From an uncultured Chloroflexia bacterium (lineage in GTDB: Bacteria > Chloroflexota > Limnocylindria > Limnocylindrales > CSP1-4), in the NCBI GenBank assembly GCA_963746845.1, contig CAVVCZ010000004.1:1312001-1376000 (forward strand): 64,000 nt of DNA, given 5' to 3'. This document shows, piece after piece, positions 19,340-29,459 of this stretch. A model generated the notes under the pieces. That model saw nothing but the letters and a program-made list of their open reading frames with translations, was not told the DNA's origin and did no database searches. Position 1 is the stretch's first letter; every line of letters begins with the position of its first letter. Both the position numbers and the translations under genes were made by a program.

Positions 19340-20422
19340 CTACGACACCCCGGCGAGCAGCGCGTCGATCCGGTGGGTCACCGCGCCGGAGCCTTCCGTG
19401 ACATTCGAGACGACGGCCACCCGCTCGCCCGTTCCCGGGTAGGTCCAGGCGCGGGCGCTGGCGCCCCCGTCCTCGCCGGTGTGCCCGAAGCGGGCGGACG
19501 GGCCGTCGCCGACGTGGAGCACGCCACAACCGAAGCGGAAGATGCCGTTGTCACTCGCAACGTGGGGACCGATGACATGCGCCCGTGTCGGCGCGGACAG
19601 GAAGGCGTCCGCCTTTGCTCCTCGCCCGGACAGCCCGTCCAGGAGCCGGATGAGGTCCGGCGCAGTCACCTGGACGCCGCCGTCCGGTCCGCCCATCGCC
19701 GGCACCGCGTATACGTTCGTTCGCCAACCGGCCGCGGGCGTGCCCGGCGCCGCACCCTCGGCGGGCGGCAGGTATCCGATCGCGAGGCCCGAGACCACCG
19801 CGTCGAGTGCCCAGAACCCGCTTCGGGCCATCCCCAGCGGCACGAAGACCTCCCCGCGGACCAGCTCCGGAAAGGCGAGACCGCTGACCTCCTCGAGGGC
19901 GATCCCGAGGAGCACGAACGCGCCGTCGTTGTACGCGGCGGTGGTCCCGGGCGCGGCCGCCTGCGGCAGGTTCACGAGCAGCGGCATCATGTCCCGCGGC
20001 CCGCGGATGACCGTCGACGGCGTGCGGGTCCAGATCGCCTCGAACGGCTCGTCGCCCTCCTCGTCGAAGTAGTCGCCGATGCCGGACGTGTGCGTCAGCA
20101 GGTGGTGGAGCGTGATCCCCGGATCGAAGGCCGGTGGCCGGTACGCTGCCCCGACGAGGTCGGCGTAGCGCGCGTCCCAGGCAAACACGCCGCGATCCAC
20201 GAGCCTCGCGACCGTCAGAGCCGTCACGAGCTTGCTGATCGAGGCCACCGCGTAGCGCATCGAGACCGCGTTCGGGATCCCGTTCGCACGGTCCGCCAGT
20301 CCGCGTTCGATCGTCAGCGGCGGTTCGCCATCGTCTCCGACGAGGTGGACGACCCCCGCGAAGTCGAGCTCGTCGAGCGACGCGTTCAGCGCCCCCCGAT
20401 CGAGCGCCGGCAACCGGCTCAG
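19340..20422 (-). CDS. Serine hydrolase, beta-lactamase class C/D-peptidase family
   Basis: SxxK (ASISK), LLTHTSG, YND (YxN-like), GHTG. Start is CTG 20422 (CTGA overlap with the cphA stop) or TTG 20413. Confidence 0.88.
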   Translation of the reverse strand: MSRLPALDRGALNASLDELDFAGVVHLVGDDGEPPLTIERGLADRANGIPNAVSMRYAVASISKLVTALTVARLVDRGVFAWDARYADLVGAAYRPPAFDPGITLHHLLTHTSGIGDYFDEEGDEPFEAIWTRTPSTVIRGPRDMMPLLVNLPQAAAPGTTAAYNDGAFVLLGIALEEVSGLAFPELVRGEVFVPLGMARSGFWALDAVVSGLAIGYLPPAEGAAPGTPAAGWRTNVYAVPAMGGPDGGVQVTAPDLIRLLDGLSGRGAKADAFLSAPTRAHVIGPHVASDNGIFRFGCGVLHVGDGPSARFGHTGEDGGASARAWTYPGTGERVAVVSNVTEGSGAVTHRIDALLAGVS

Positions 20423-23322
20423 CCCTCCGGGACCTCGAGCTCGCCCGGATCGGCGAAGGCGGTCGTCCCCCGCGCCGAGCCGGACGCGGCCATCGCCTCG
20501 CGGTAGACCGCGACCGCGTCGTCGACGCAGCACACGATCAGGTCGCCGGGCGCCGCGCGCCGGAGGGCCGTGCGAACCGCGGCGAGCTCCTCGAGGATCT
20601 TCTCTGCCTTCAGCGCCCGCGCGCCACCGGCCCGGGCGCTGCGCACGCCGTCGACGACGTTGCCAGCGGACTCGCCCGGCGCTCGCCCCCGGAGGTTCTT
20701 GTCCTCGCGGACGATGATCTCGTCGAACGCCTTCGCGGCGATCGCCCCGTATTCGCGCTGGTCGTCGTCGCGCCGGTCGCCCGGGATCCCGATCACGCCG
20801 ATCGCCCGGCCGCCGCGCGCATGGCCGTTCGAACGGGGCCCGATCCGGCCCGCCTTCGACTGCGGCTCGGTCATCATCCGCTCGACGAAGTCCGCGAGCT
20901 GGCGCATCCCGTCGACGTTGTGGCAGTAGTCGATGACGACCCGGATGCCGCCGACGTCGAGCAGGTTCAGCCGGCCCGGCGCCTGGAAGAACGACGTCGA
21001 GAACGTCCGCAGCCCCTGCCGGATGTCGTGGAGATGGGCGCCGGCCGCCCACGCCGCCGCCGCGGCGGCGAGCGCGTTCGCGACGTTCATCCGCGCCCGT
21101 CCACCGAAGGTCGCCGGGATCAGGTGGGTGTACAGGACCGGCATCGTCCGCGGCCCGTGGCGGAGGACGATCAGCTCGCCCTCGGGTCCTGGCTGGAGGA
21201 CGAACGCGGCGTTGCCCCGCGACGTGTGGCCGTCGACCCGGTCGTAACCGTCCTCGCCCTTGTCGGTCGCCATGCTGAACAGCACGACCCGGCCGGCGCA
21301 ATGGCGGCCCATCCGGTAGACGTGGCCGTCGTCGGCATTCAGCACGGCCGTGCCGGACCGCGGCACCGCCTCGACGATCACGCCCTTGACGTTCGCGAGC
21401 TGGCCGATCGTGTCGATCCCGCCGAGCCCGAGGTGGTCGCCGGTGATGTTCGTGACGACCGCGACGTCGTTCCGGTCGTAGCCGAGGCCCTCGCGCAGGA
21501 TCCCGCCGCGGGCCACCTCGAACACCGCCGTGTCGACGGTCGGGTTCTGGAGGACCATCTGGGCCGACTTCGGGCCCGACATGTCGCCCTTCTTGATCAG
21601 CCGGCCGTCGATGACGATGCCGTCGGTCGAGGTCATCCCGACCCGCTTGCCCTTGAGCTTCAGGATGTGGGCGATCATCCGGACGGTCGTCGTCTTCCCG
21701 TTCGTGCCGGTGACCGCGATGATCGGGATCCGGGCGGGGCTGCCGGGCGGGAACAGGCCGTCGATGACCGGCCGGGCGACGTACTGCGGCTCGCCCTCGG
21801 TCGGGTGGGTGTGCATCCGGAACCCGGGCGCGGCGTTGACCTCGACGATCGCGCCGCCGGTCTCCCGGACGGGCGTCGCGATGTCCGGGCAGATGAAGTC
21901 GATCCCGGCAATGTCCAGGCCGACGATCTGGGCGGCGGTCTCGGCGATCTCCACGTTGTCGGGGTGGGCCTCGATCGTCCGGTCGATGGACGTGCCGCCG
22001 GTCGACATGTTGCCGGTGAGCGCGAGCTTGACGAATACCCCCGCCGGCGGGACGTCGTCCAGCCCGAACCCCTGGTCGCGGACGAGCCCCTCGGCCGCCT
22101 CGTCGACCTTGATCCGGGTCAGGACCTTCTCGTGGCCGATGCCGCGGCGCGGATCGGCGTTCGCGACGTTGACGAGCTGGCGAACGGTGTGCTCGCCGTC
22201 GCCGGTGACGCTCGCCGGGACGCGCTCGGCGATGGCGGCGACCTTGCCCCCGATCACGAGGCAGCGATAGTCGTTGCCCGCGACGTAGCTCTCGACGACG
22301 AGGTCGCCGCTGCGGCTCTCCCTCGACGCCCCGTGGTAGGCGGCGCGGACGGCCTCCTCGGAGCGAAGGTCGAGATGCACGCCGCGGCCATGGTTGCCGT
22401 CGAGCGGCTTGACGACGCACGGGAAGCCGATCCGGAGCGCGGCCTCGACGGTCGCCTCCTCGGTGTCGACGACGGCGCTCTTCGGGACGGGCAGCCCGGC
22501 CGAGTCGAGCAGGCGGTTCGTCAGGCTCTTGTCGCTCGCGATGTCGACGGCGATCCCCGACGTCATCGAGGTCATCGTCGCCCGGATCCGCTGCTGGTGG
22601 ACGCCCTGGCCGAGCTGGACCAGCGAATGGCGATCGAGGCGGATCCATGGGATGTCGCGGGACGCCGCCTCGTCGAGGATCGCCTGTGTCGACGGTCCGA
22701 AGGCCGCCCGCTCCGCGAGACGGATCAACCGCTCGAGCTCCGCCATGAAGTCGATCGCGACGCGGTCGTCGTCGGGCGCCACGAGGTGGTTGACGAGCGC
22801 CACGGCGATCTTGCCGGCCTCGATCCCGACCATCTCCTCGCGGAACTCGTAGATCACGTTGTACCGGCCGTATTCGCCGGTCGTCCGCGTCTTGCCGTGG
22901 CGGACGTCCGTGCCGGCGAGGTTCTGCAGCTCGAGGGCGATGTGCTCGGCGATGTGGCCGGCCCAGGTGCCCTCGCGGAGTCGCGTGATGAACCCACCCC
23001 GCCGGCCGAGGCTGCAGGCGTGGTCCTCGAGGCTCGGCAGGAGGTTGACGAGCGCCTCGGTGAAACCCGGGATCTTGTTGCTCGGGAACTCCTCGAGGAC
23101 CCCGAGGTCGACGACCATCCGGACGACCGGCTCGCGGGCCCAATAGTTCGGGCCGCGGAGGATCCGGGTCTCGATGATCCGGAGGGTCGGCTCCGGGCGG
23201 CTGCCGTTGCGCTGACCGTCCGCCGCGCGGCGGCGCGGCGTCGGCGGGCTCTTCGTCTTCGAAGCGCCCGCTGCGCTGGTTGCCGTCTTCTTCTCGCGCG
23301 GCTGAGGAGCGGTCCGGGCCAC
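20419..23322 (-). CDS. cphA: Cyanophycin synthetase
   Basis: GPNYW, Cx19HxxEH (CSLG...HIAEH), GPST, ATP-grasp VKPLDGNHGRGV and EVNAAPG, Mur domain VTGTNGKTT, EVARGG, DYCHN. GGAGGG RBS before GTG. Confidence 0.96.
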   Translation of the reverse strand: MARTAPQPREKKTATSAAGASKTKSPPTPRRRAADGQRNGSRPEPTLRIIETRILRGPNYWAREPVVRMVVDLGVLEEFPSNKIPGFTEALVNLLPSLEDHACSLGRRGGFITRLREGTWAGHIAEHIALELQNLAGTDVRHGKTRTTGEYGRYNVIYEFREEMVGIEAGKIAVALVNHLVAPDDDRVAIDFMAELERLIRLAERAAFGPSTQAILDEAASRDIPWIRLDRHSLVQLGQGVHQQRIRATMTSMTSGIAVDIASDKSLTNRLLDSAGLPVPKSAVVDTEEATVEAALRIGFPCVVKPLDGNHGRGVHLDLRSEEAVRAAYHGASRESRSGDLVVESYVAGNDYRCLVIGGKVAAIAERVPASVTGDGEHTVRQLVNVANADPRRGIGHEKVLTRIKVDEAAEGLVRDQGFGLDDVPPAGVFVKLALTGNMSTGGTSIDRTIEAHPDNVEIAETAAQIVGLDIAGIDFICPDIATPVRETGGAIVEVNAAPGFRMHTHPTEGEPQYVARPVIDGLFPPGSPARIPIIAVTGTNGKTTTVRMIAHILKLKGKRVGMTSTDGIVIDGRLIKKGDMSGPKSAQMVLQNPTVDTAVFEVARGGILREGLGYDRNDVAVVTNITGDHLGLGGIDTIGQLANVKGVIVEAVPRSGTAVLNADDGHVYRMGRHCAGRVVLFSMATDKGEDGYDRVDGHTSRGNAAFVLQPGPEGELIVLRHGPRTMPVLYTHLIPATFGGRARMNVANALAAAAAAWAAGAHLHDIRQGLRTFSTSFFQAPGRLNLLDVGGIRVVIDYCHNVDGMRQLADFVERMMTEPQSKAGRIGPRSNGHARGGRAIGVIGIPGDRRDDDQREYGAIAAKAFDEIIVREDKNLRGRAPGESAGNVVDGVRSARAGGARALKAEKILEELAAVRTALRRAAPGDLIVCCVDDAVAVYREAMAASGSARGTTAFADPGELEVPEG

Positions 23323-23381
23323 GATCCCTCCAGCGGTCCGATCGGCGTCGCCCGAGTGTACCCGTCGGCCGTGCGGATGAC

Positions 23382-24218
23382 CTACTCGGACGCGGCTTCG
23401 CCGCCGGAGATCGCGTGGAGCGTCGGGGTCGCCAGGCGGCGTCGGTGGCGCAGGTCGAACCGGTAGCCCGACGGCAGCGAGTGCAGGACCACGTTGCTGA
23501 TCATCAGCGGCTTGTGGCCGCGGACCTCCCAGGCGTCGGTCTCGGACTCGGCCCCGTCGACGACCGTGATGCTTCCCCGCCCGATCACCTCCATGACGCC
23601 GTCCGGGCCGACGACCCCGGCCGTGTCCTCGTCGACGCCCAGCCCGAGGAGCGACGGGTTCTGGGCGATGAGGCTGAGCAGCCGCCCGAGTCGGTTCCGC
23701 TGCTGGAAATGCTGGTCGACGATCACGCCCGGGAGCATCCCGAGACCCGCGGCGATCTGGGCCATCCGGTGCTTCGGCGTCGCGCCGGACGCCCCGAACG
23801 CGATCATGTGGCTGCTCATCGCGGACGCGCCGGCACTCGTCCCCGCCATCACGGCGCCGTGCCGGAACCGGTCGAGCATCGCGTCGGCCAGCCGCGTCCC
23901 GCCGACCTGCGACGCGAGCTTCAGCTGGTTGCCGCCGGTCAGGAACACCCCGGTCGCGTCCCGCAGCGCGAGCGCGACGGACTCGTCGTTCGCCTGGGGC
24001 CGCGTCGCGGCGTGGAGCGTCCGGACGGTCGTCACGCCGAGGTCCGTGAAGATGTGGCGGTAGCGCTCGCCCGCCTCGGTCCCGAGGCTGGACGCGGTCG
24101 AGATGACGACGATGGTCGCGTCGCGACCACCGGCCAGGGTCACGAACCGGTTCAGGATCACCCGGTCGCGGACCTTGTCCTCCGCCCCTCCGATGATGAT
24201 GACGGTCCCGTCGGTCAC
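23382..24218 (-). CDS. cphB: Cyanophycinase
   Basis: IIGGAED, TGGNQ, GTSAGA (catalytic Ser), DQHFQQRNRLGRL, GVDEDT; directly upstream of cphA. Confidence 0.95.
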   Translation of the reverse strand: MTDGTVIIIGGAEDKVRDRVILNRFVTLAGGRDATIVVISTASSLGTEAGERYRHIFTDLGVTTVRTLHAATRPQANDESVALALRDATGVFLTGGNQLKLASQVGGTRLADAMLDRFRHGAVMAGTSAGASAMSSHMIAFGASGATPKHRMAQIAAGLGMLPGVIVDQHFQQRNRLGRLLSLIAQNPSLLGLGVDEDTAGVVGPDGVMEVIGRGSITVVDGAESETDAWEVRGHKPLMISNVVLHSLPSGYRFDLRHRRRLATPTLHAISGGEAASE

Positions 24219-24325
24219 AGAATGAATGCACCGCTGCGGCTCGGGTGAGGATAGCGGGTCCGGGACATGAAGAGGCCCGCCGTCATCCTCGGCGGCTTTG
24301 GCCAGCGCGGGTTAGAGTGTCGTCG

Positions 24326-24991
24326 ATGCCCCGTTCCCGGCTGTCGTCCCTCGTGGTCCCCGGCGTGCTCTCGCTGGCCGCCCTGGCGCTGAGCCACGAG
24401 CTGATCTACCGCATCGCGCACGGCGCCGGCGAGGGCTACGAGGCTGCGATGCGGGAAGGCGGCCACGACAGCGTCTGGACCAGCTTCCTGCCGATCGTCG
24501 CCCTCGTCGTCACCAGTGGGCTGTCGGTGGTCGGCGTCTGGCAGGTCCGCCGGCTCCGGCGACTGGCGGCCGCGATGCGCGCGAAGTCCGTCCGTGTCGG
24601 TGACGTAGGCCCATCGCGGTTCTTCGGCCTGCTTGGACCGCTCTGGCTTCGGCTGGCCGTCGCGGTCGTGGTTGTCTACGTCCTCCAGGAGAACATCGAG
24701 ACCGCGCGCACGGGAGCGTCATTGCCGGGGCTCGGCGTCCTCGGAGGCGAGCACGTCCTGGCGCTGCCGGTCATGGTTGCCGCCAGCTTCCTCGTCGCAG
24801 CCGTTGGCGCGCTGGTCGGATGGCGGCGCGAGGTCATCCTCGCCCGGCTCCTGGCGGCGGCACAACGGCCTCTGCGGACCGCGTCAACGACGCGGCGGCC
24901 GTCCGTCTCGAGCGATCGGCCGAGGGGCATCACCGAGGAACGCCGAAACGGCGTCCGCGCACCTCCGTCTGTGCGGTTCGCTCCCGTCTGA
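24326..24991 (+). CDS. Hypothetical membrane protein
   Basis: About 4 TM segments with SHELIY and YVLQENIE motifs; TAGAGT 7 nt before the ATG. Confidence 0.75.
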   Translation: MPRSRLSSLVVPGVLSLAALALSHELIYRIAHGAGEGYEAAMREGGHDSVWTSFLPIVALVVTSGLSVVGVWQVRRLRRLAAAMRAKSVRVGDVGPSRFFGLLGPLWLRLAVAVVVVYVLQENIETARTGASLPGLGVLGGEHVLALPVMVAASFLVAAVGALVGWRREVILARLLAAAQRPLRTASTTRRPSVSSDRPRGITEERRNGVRAPPSVRFAPV

Positions 24992-25072
24992 TCCCGTCCG
25001 CCGAGCGTTGCGCCGAGGGCGGGACCCACCGCGCGTCTCGCACAGCGGGTCGCCGCTCCCACGGAGAACGAT

Positions 25073-26911
25073 TTGGCCTCCCGTCCCGGTGCTTCCGGCA
25101 CGTCCGGCACGTCCGGCGGACCGTCCCAACCCAACGACGCAGACTACGGCTACGACCGCGAGCACCTGCCGGACATGATCGCCTTGGCAGCGCGGCAGCG
25201 AGCAAAGGACGAGATCTTCGTCGACCTCCTTGCGCGGCAGCTGCGGCCGGGCCCCGTCCTCGAGATCGGCGCGGGGTGCGGACAGATCGCCGAGATGCTC
25301 GCGGAGCGTGGATGGTCGGTCGTCGCCTCCGACATCGAGCCCTTCTTCGTCGAGTACATGCGGTCGCGCGGTCTTGACGCCCGGGTGCTCGACGCCCTCG
25401 ACCTGCCCCCGCAGCCGGTCCCGCCGATGAATGTCGTCACGACAGGGCTGTCGCCGCTGATCCACCACGACGAGGAAGCGATCCATCGAGCCTACCGCTC
25501 GATCGCCCGGGTCCTCGCGCCGGGCGGACGGTTCGTCTTCATCCATCCCTCGCACATCGTTCACAACCCGTGGAGCCCGGCGAGCACGCACATCAGGGTG
25601 GCCGAGGTCGAGGGTCTGCGTCTCGTCCGGCGCTTCCGGAACCAGGCCCTGCCGTCCAGGGCGTATGCCCACTTGCCGCGTTCCCTGTCCGAGATGATCG
25701 AGGCCAGCCTGGGCCGCCTCGTGGGCGTCCGCTGGGTGCTCGTCTTCGAGCGACCCCAGCGACCGTCCGCCGGGAGATCGAGCGCCACGGGGATCGCCAT
25801 GAGGATTGAGTTCGTTCGGCGTGGTCCCGAGCATCTCGAGGCGATCCGCGCGTTCAACGGCCGCCTCGAGGCAGGCGGGGTCAAGGAACGATTCGGCATC
25901 GCGACCCTCCTTGCCGAGGAGCCGACGCGTTCGCGGGTCGCGGGATCGGGGATCGACTACGAGGCCTTCGTCGCGCTGGAGGGCGAGGCCGTCCGCGGCG
26001 GATATTCCATCAAGCACCAGCGGTTCTTGATCGGCGGCCGGGAGGTGTCGATCGGGTTCCTCGGGCACCCAATCTCCGAGGGCACGATCGATGGTCGCTA
26101 TGCCCTCGTGGGGCCGCGGCTGCTGAGGGACGCCCTGGCGCGGCAGCCGATGCTCTATGCCCTCGGGATCGGCGGACGCGACGTGGCCATCGCGCGTCTG
26201 CTGTCGCGGGCGGGGTTCGAGCTGCAGGAGGTCCCGTTCGCCTTCCGCGTCGAGAACGTTCGACCGTTCCTCCGCGAGATCTCCGTCCTCCGGACCAGTC
26301 GGTCCCGGCGCCTCGCTGCGCGAGCAGGTGCGACGACAGGGGCCGGCTGGATTGCGATTCAGGCCCTCCAGCATCGGCGCAAACGGCTCGTGCGTACGAC
26401 CGTGCGCAGCCGCGTCGTCGTGGAGTTGGCGCCGTGGGCGGACGCGATCTGGACGCAGTGCCGCGGCCGGTTCGCATTCGCCGCCGTCCGTGACGCTGCG
26501 GCGATCCGGGAGATGTACGACGCGTCAGATGATCCGTTCGTGCGGCTGGTGCTCGAAGCCGCCGGCAAGCCGGTCGGCTGGGTCGTGTGCCTGTCGAGGC
26601 AGTTCCGCGACCATCGGTACTTCGGCAACCTGAAGGTCGGATCGATCGTGGACTGCGTTGTCGTGGCCGGGTTCGAGACGGCCGTTCTGGGGGCCGCGAT
26701 TCGACAGTTGCGCGATGAGGACGTCGATCTCGTTGTCACCAACCAGTCCTTCGGGCCAATCCGCGCGGCGCTGCGTGCGACCGGCTTCCTTGACGGGCCG
26801 TCGAACTTCCTGTTCGGTCCGTCGCCACAGCTCGCGACCGCGATGGGAGCCGCCGGGCTGGACATGTTCCAGCTCACGCGAGGGGATGGTGAGGGGCCGG
26901 TCAATCTCTGA
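25073..26911 (+). CDS. Class I SAM methyltransferase joined in frame to a GNAT-like domain (may be two genes)
   Basis: VLEIGAGCG, ASD, RVLAPGGRF. An internal ATG at 25799 begins a GNAT/FemAB-like region (VGSIVDC). Confidence 0.7.
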   Translation: MASRPGASGTSGTSGGPSQPNDADYGYDREHLPDMIALAARQRAKDEIFVDLLARQLRPGPVLEIGAGCGQIAEMLAERGWSVVASDIEPFFVEYMRSRGLDARVLDALDLPPQPVPPMNVVTTGLSPLIHHDEEAIHRAYRSIARVLAPGGRFVFIHPSHIVHNPWSPASTHIRVAEVEGLRLVRRFRNQALPSRAYAHLPRSLSEMIEASLGRLVGVRWVLVFERPQRPSAGRSSATGIAMRIEFVRRGPEHLEAIRAFNGRLEAGGVKERFGIATLLAEEPTRSRVAGSGIDYEAFVALEGEAVRGGYSIKHQRFLIGGREVSIGFLGHPISEGTIDGRYALVGPRLLRDALARQPMLYALGIGGRDVAIARLLSRAGFELQEVPFAFRVENVRPFLREISVLRTSRSRRLAARAGATTGAGWIAIQALQHRRKRLVRTTVRSRVVVELAPWADAIWTQCRGRFAFAAVRDAAAIREMYDASDDPFVRLVLEAAGKPVGWVVCLSRQFRDHRYFGNLKVGSIVDCVVVAGFETAVLGAAIRQLRDEDVDLVVTNQSFGPIRAALRATGFLDGPSNFLFGPSPQLATAMGAAGLDMFQLTRGDGEGPVNL

Positions 26912-26991
26912 GTCGCGGCGACGCCTGCGAACCGCCGGGGCGAGCGGGCCCGGTCAGGTTCGTGCGACGCGCCGTGCCAGAATGCAGGGCC

Positions 26992-28042
26992 ATGGGGACG
27001 ACGGCGACAACCGCGGGCGCGGCTGGCACGACCGAACATCCGGACGGGCTGGCCGGGGACTCGACGGGCCCGCCATCGACTCCCGGCACGCGACGCCGGG
27101 CGGTCTTCCGGCGTGCGATCCGCCACGAGATCAACCGCCTCCACGACCCGCGCCGGATCCTCGCGATGACGATCCTGATCGTCGTCTTCGGGTCGTTGGC
27201 GGCCGGGATCGTCGCCCGGGGCGAACCGGCGGGCGCAGATGCCCGCGCGTACTGGGCGGCGGTCCGGATCTGGCTCGGCGGCGGCGATCCGTACCGCCCG
27301 ACCGGCCCGTTCCTCCCGTACGTCTACGCGCCGTGGATGCTGCCGGCGTTCGCGCCGTGGGCGCTCCTGCCATGGGACGTCGCCTGGTACGTGTGGCGCG
27401 GGGGCACGATCCTCGCCCTGCTCTGGTCGATCCACTGGGCGTACTCGCGCCGCCCGCTGATGACGGCGGTGACTGATCCTGATCCTCGGCTTCCCGATCG
27501 GCGCGAACCTCGACACCGGCAACATCAACCTGCCCCTGACCCTCCTGCTGTTCGGGGCCCAGTTCAGCGGTCCGCTGCTGGCCGGGGCGATCTGGGCGAT
27601 GGCGACATGGATGAAGTGGGTGCCCGTCGTCTTCATCCTCGTCCTCGCCCCGCGCGCGCGGCTGTGGGGACTCCTGATCCTGGCGATCTCGGTCGTCCTC
27701 AGCCTCGCAACATTGCCCGAGACGATCGCCCAGTTCGAGGCCCTGGTCGGGTTCGGGCGCCGGCCGATCCGCCTCGACTACCTTGTCTTCCTGTGGGCGC
27801 TCGTGCCGGTCCTGTGGCGCAAGACCCACCCCCTGGAGTGGTTCACCCTCAGCTGGTGGCGCGGCCGATGGGAAGCGCTCCAGCACGAGCGGCGGTCGTG
27901 GACCCGCCGGGTCCGCGGCTGGGTCGGCGTGCCCCACGGCTCGCCACGCGACCGGCGGCCGTCCACCCCGACGACACCGCCGGCGGCGGCGCGCACCGAG
28001 GCCGTCGAGCCGCCGGCCATCGAGGCCGGCGACCCGGGCTGA
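26992..28042 (+). CDS. GT87/DUF2029 polyprenol-phosphate-sugar glycosyltransferase (frameshift near 27472)
   Basis: DARAYW, DPY, PYVYAPW; after a frame change, LDTGNIN and MKWVP. Confidence 0.8.
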
Positions 28043-29383
28043 TCAGGCGGCCGCCGCGCTCGGCGGCTCGGCGCGTCCCGATCGGACCGGCTCGCGGACC
28101 GGCCGCAGCAGGACGATCGCGACGATGTAATACGCGGCGCCGAGCAGGTATGCGACGCGCGGTCCCGTCCCGACCCCGTACACGTTGTTGAAGAAATCCA
28201 GGATCAGTCCGCCGGAGGCGACCGCCAGGAGGGACGCGGATCCCGTCGCGACGTTCGAGAGGCCCATATACCGCCCGGACGACGCCTTCGGGATGATGTC
28301 GGTCATGAGCGCCCAGTCGACGGCGAGGAACATGCCCGCCGATGCGCCGAACAGGAGCCCGCCGAGCAGCGCAAGCGGCACGTTCGGAGCCACGGCCGCG
28401 ATCGTGACGCCGACGAAGCCGATGACGCAGCTCGCGTAGATCACGGGCTTGCGCCCGATCCGATCCGACACCCGGGCGGCTGGCACGATCGCGACGAGGT
28501 TGCCGAGCACGACGAGGATCAGCAGGACGAAGTTCGTGTTGTTCGCCTCCGTCTGCGTCATCCCGTGCGACTGATGGAGGTACGTGATGATGTAGTTGAC
28601 GAGCACGGAGCCGCCCATCAGGAAGAACAGGCGCGACGCGACGAGCCAGACGTACGACCGCTCACGCAGGATGTCGGTGCCCCAGGTCTCGCGGGCGATC
28701 GTCCCCCACGACCGGCCCTCGCGATCACGTGGGGGTTGGCCGCGGCCGACCCGGAGCACGACCGCGAGCATCGTGACCAGCTCGACGATCGCGACGGCCG
28801 CGATGGCGAGCTCGATCCGGCCGATCGCGACGGCCAGGGTGACGAGGAGGAAGCCCGTCACGTTGCCCAGGATCTGCATGAGCCCCACCATCGAGCTCGC
28901 GAGGCCCACCTGCGGCTCCGGCACGAGGTCCGGGACGTAGCCCTGGAACGGGCCGCGGGCGATGTTCGTGCTGAACGCCAGCAGGGCAACGAACGTCGCG
29001 AGGATCACGACGTCGTTCGCGGTCGCGATCCCGGCGAGGAACACCAGATCGAGCAACGACCCGACGACGATGTACGGCTTGCGCCGACCCCACTTGCTGA
29101 CGGTGAAGTCACTGATGTAGCCGACCGTCGGCTGGACGAGGATCCCGATGATCGCGGTCGGAATGGAGATCAGGAACGAGATCCGCCCGACGTCGAGTGC
29201 CGTGGCGAACCCGCCGAAGTTCAGGCGGTTCTGGATGAACAGGCCGACGGCGCCGTCGATCGCGGTCAGGCCGAGCCAGTAGAGCGAGATCCGCGCGAGA
29301 TGCCCCATCGGCAGCCGGAGGGTCGGCCGAAACCCGGCGCCGCCGCCCTCGAGCACCACGGCGCCGGACGCGAGATCGGTCAC
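28043..29383 (-). CDS. MFS transporter
   Basis: GYISD...WGRRKPY, SDRIGRK, about 12 TM segments. Confidence 0.9.
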   Translation of the reverse strand: MTDLASGAVVLEGGGAGFRPTLRLPMGHLARISLYWLGLTAIDGAVGLFIQNRLNFGGFATALDVGRISFLISIPTAIIGILVQPTVGYISDFTVSKWGRRKPYIVVGSLLDLVFLAGIATANDVVILATFVALLAFSTNIARGPFQGYVPDLVPEPQVGLASSMVGLMQILGNVTGFLLVTLAVAIGRIELAIAAVAIVELVTMLAVVLRVGRGQPPRDREGRSWGTIARETWGTDILRERSYVWLVASRLFFLMGGSVLVNYIITYLHQSHGMTQTEANNTNFVLLILVVLGNLVAIVPAARVSDRIGRKPVIYASCVIGFVGVTIAAVAPNVPLALLGGLLFGASAGMFLAVDWALMTDIIPKASSGRYMGLSNVATGSASLLAVASGGLILDFFNNVYGVGTGPRVAYLLGAAYYIVAIVLLRPVREPVRSGRAEPPSAAAA

Positions 29384-29459
29384 GTGCCTACCCTCAGCTC
29401 CCCGAACCACGCGCGTCTGCGCGCAAGCCTACGACGCCCGTCGAGCCCGGACGTTGCAA

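Noticed and set aside
19340-23143. 1267-aa ORF ending in a beta-lactamase domain
   Set aside because: Only the last ~360 aa are protein-like; the rest is an alternative frame of cphA left open by high GC.
20419-24231. 1270-aa ORF suggesting a CphB-CphA fusion
   Set aside because: The extra N-terminal ~300 aa is an Arg/Pro-rich shadow frame overlapping cphB. cphB has its own stop (23382) and cphA has its own RBS and GTG at 23322.
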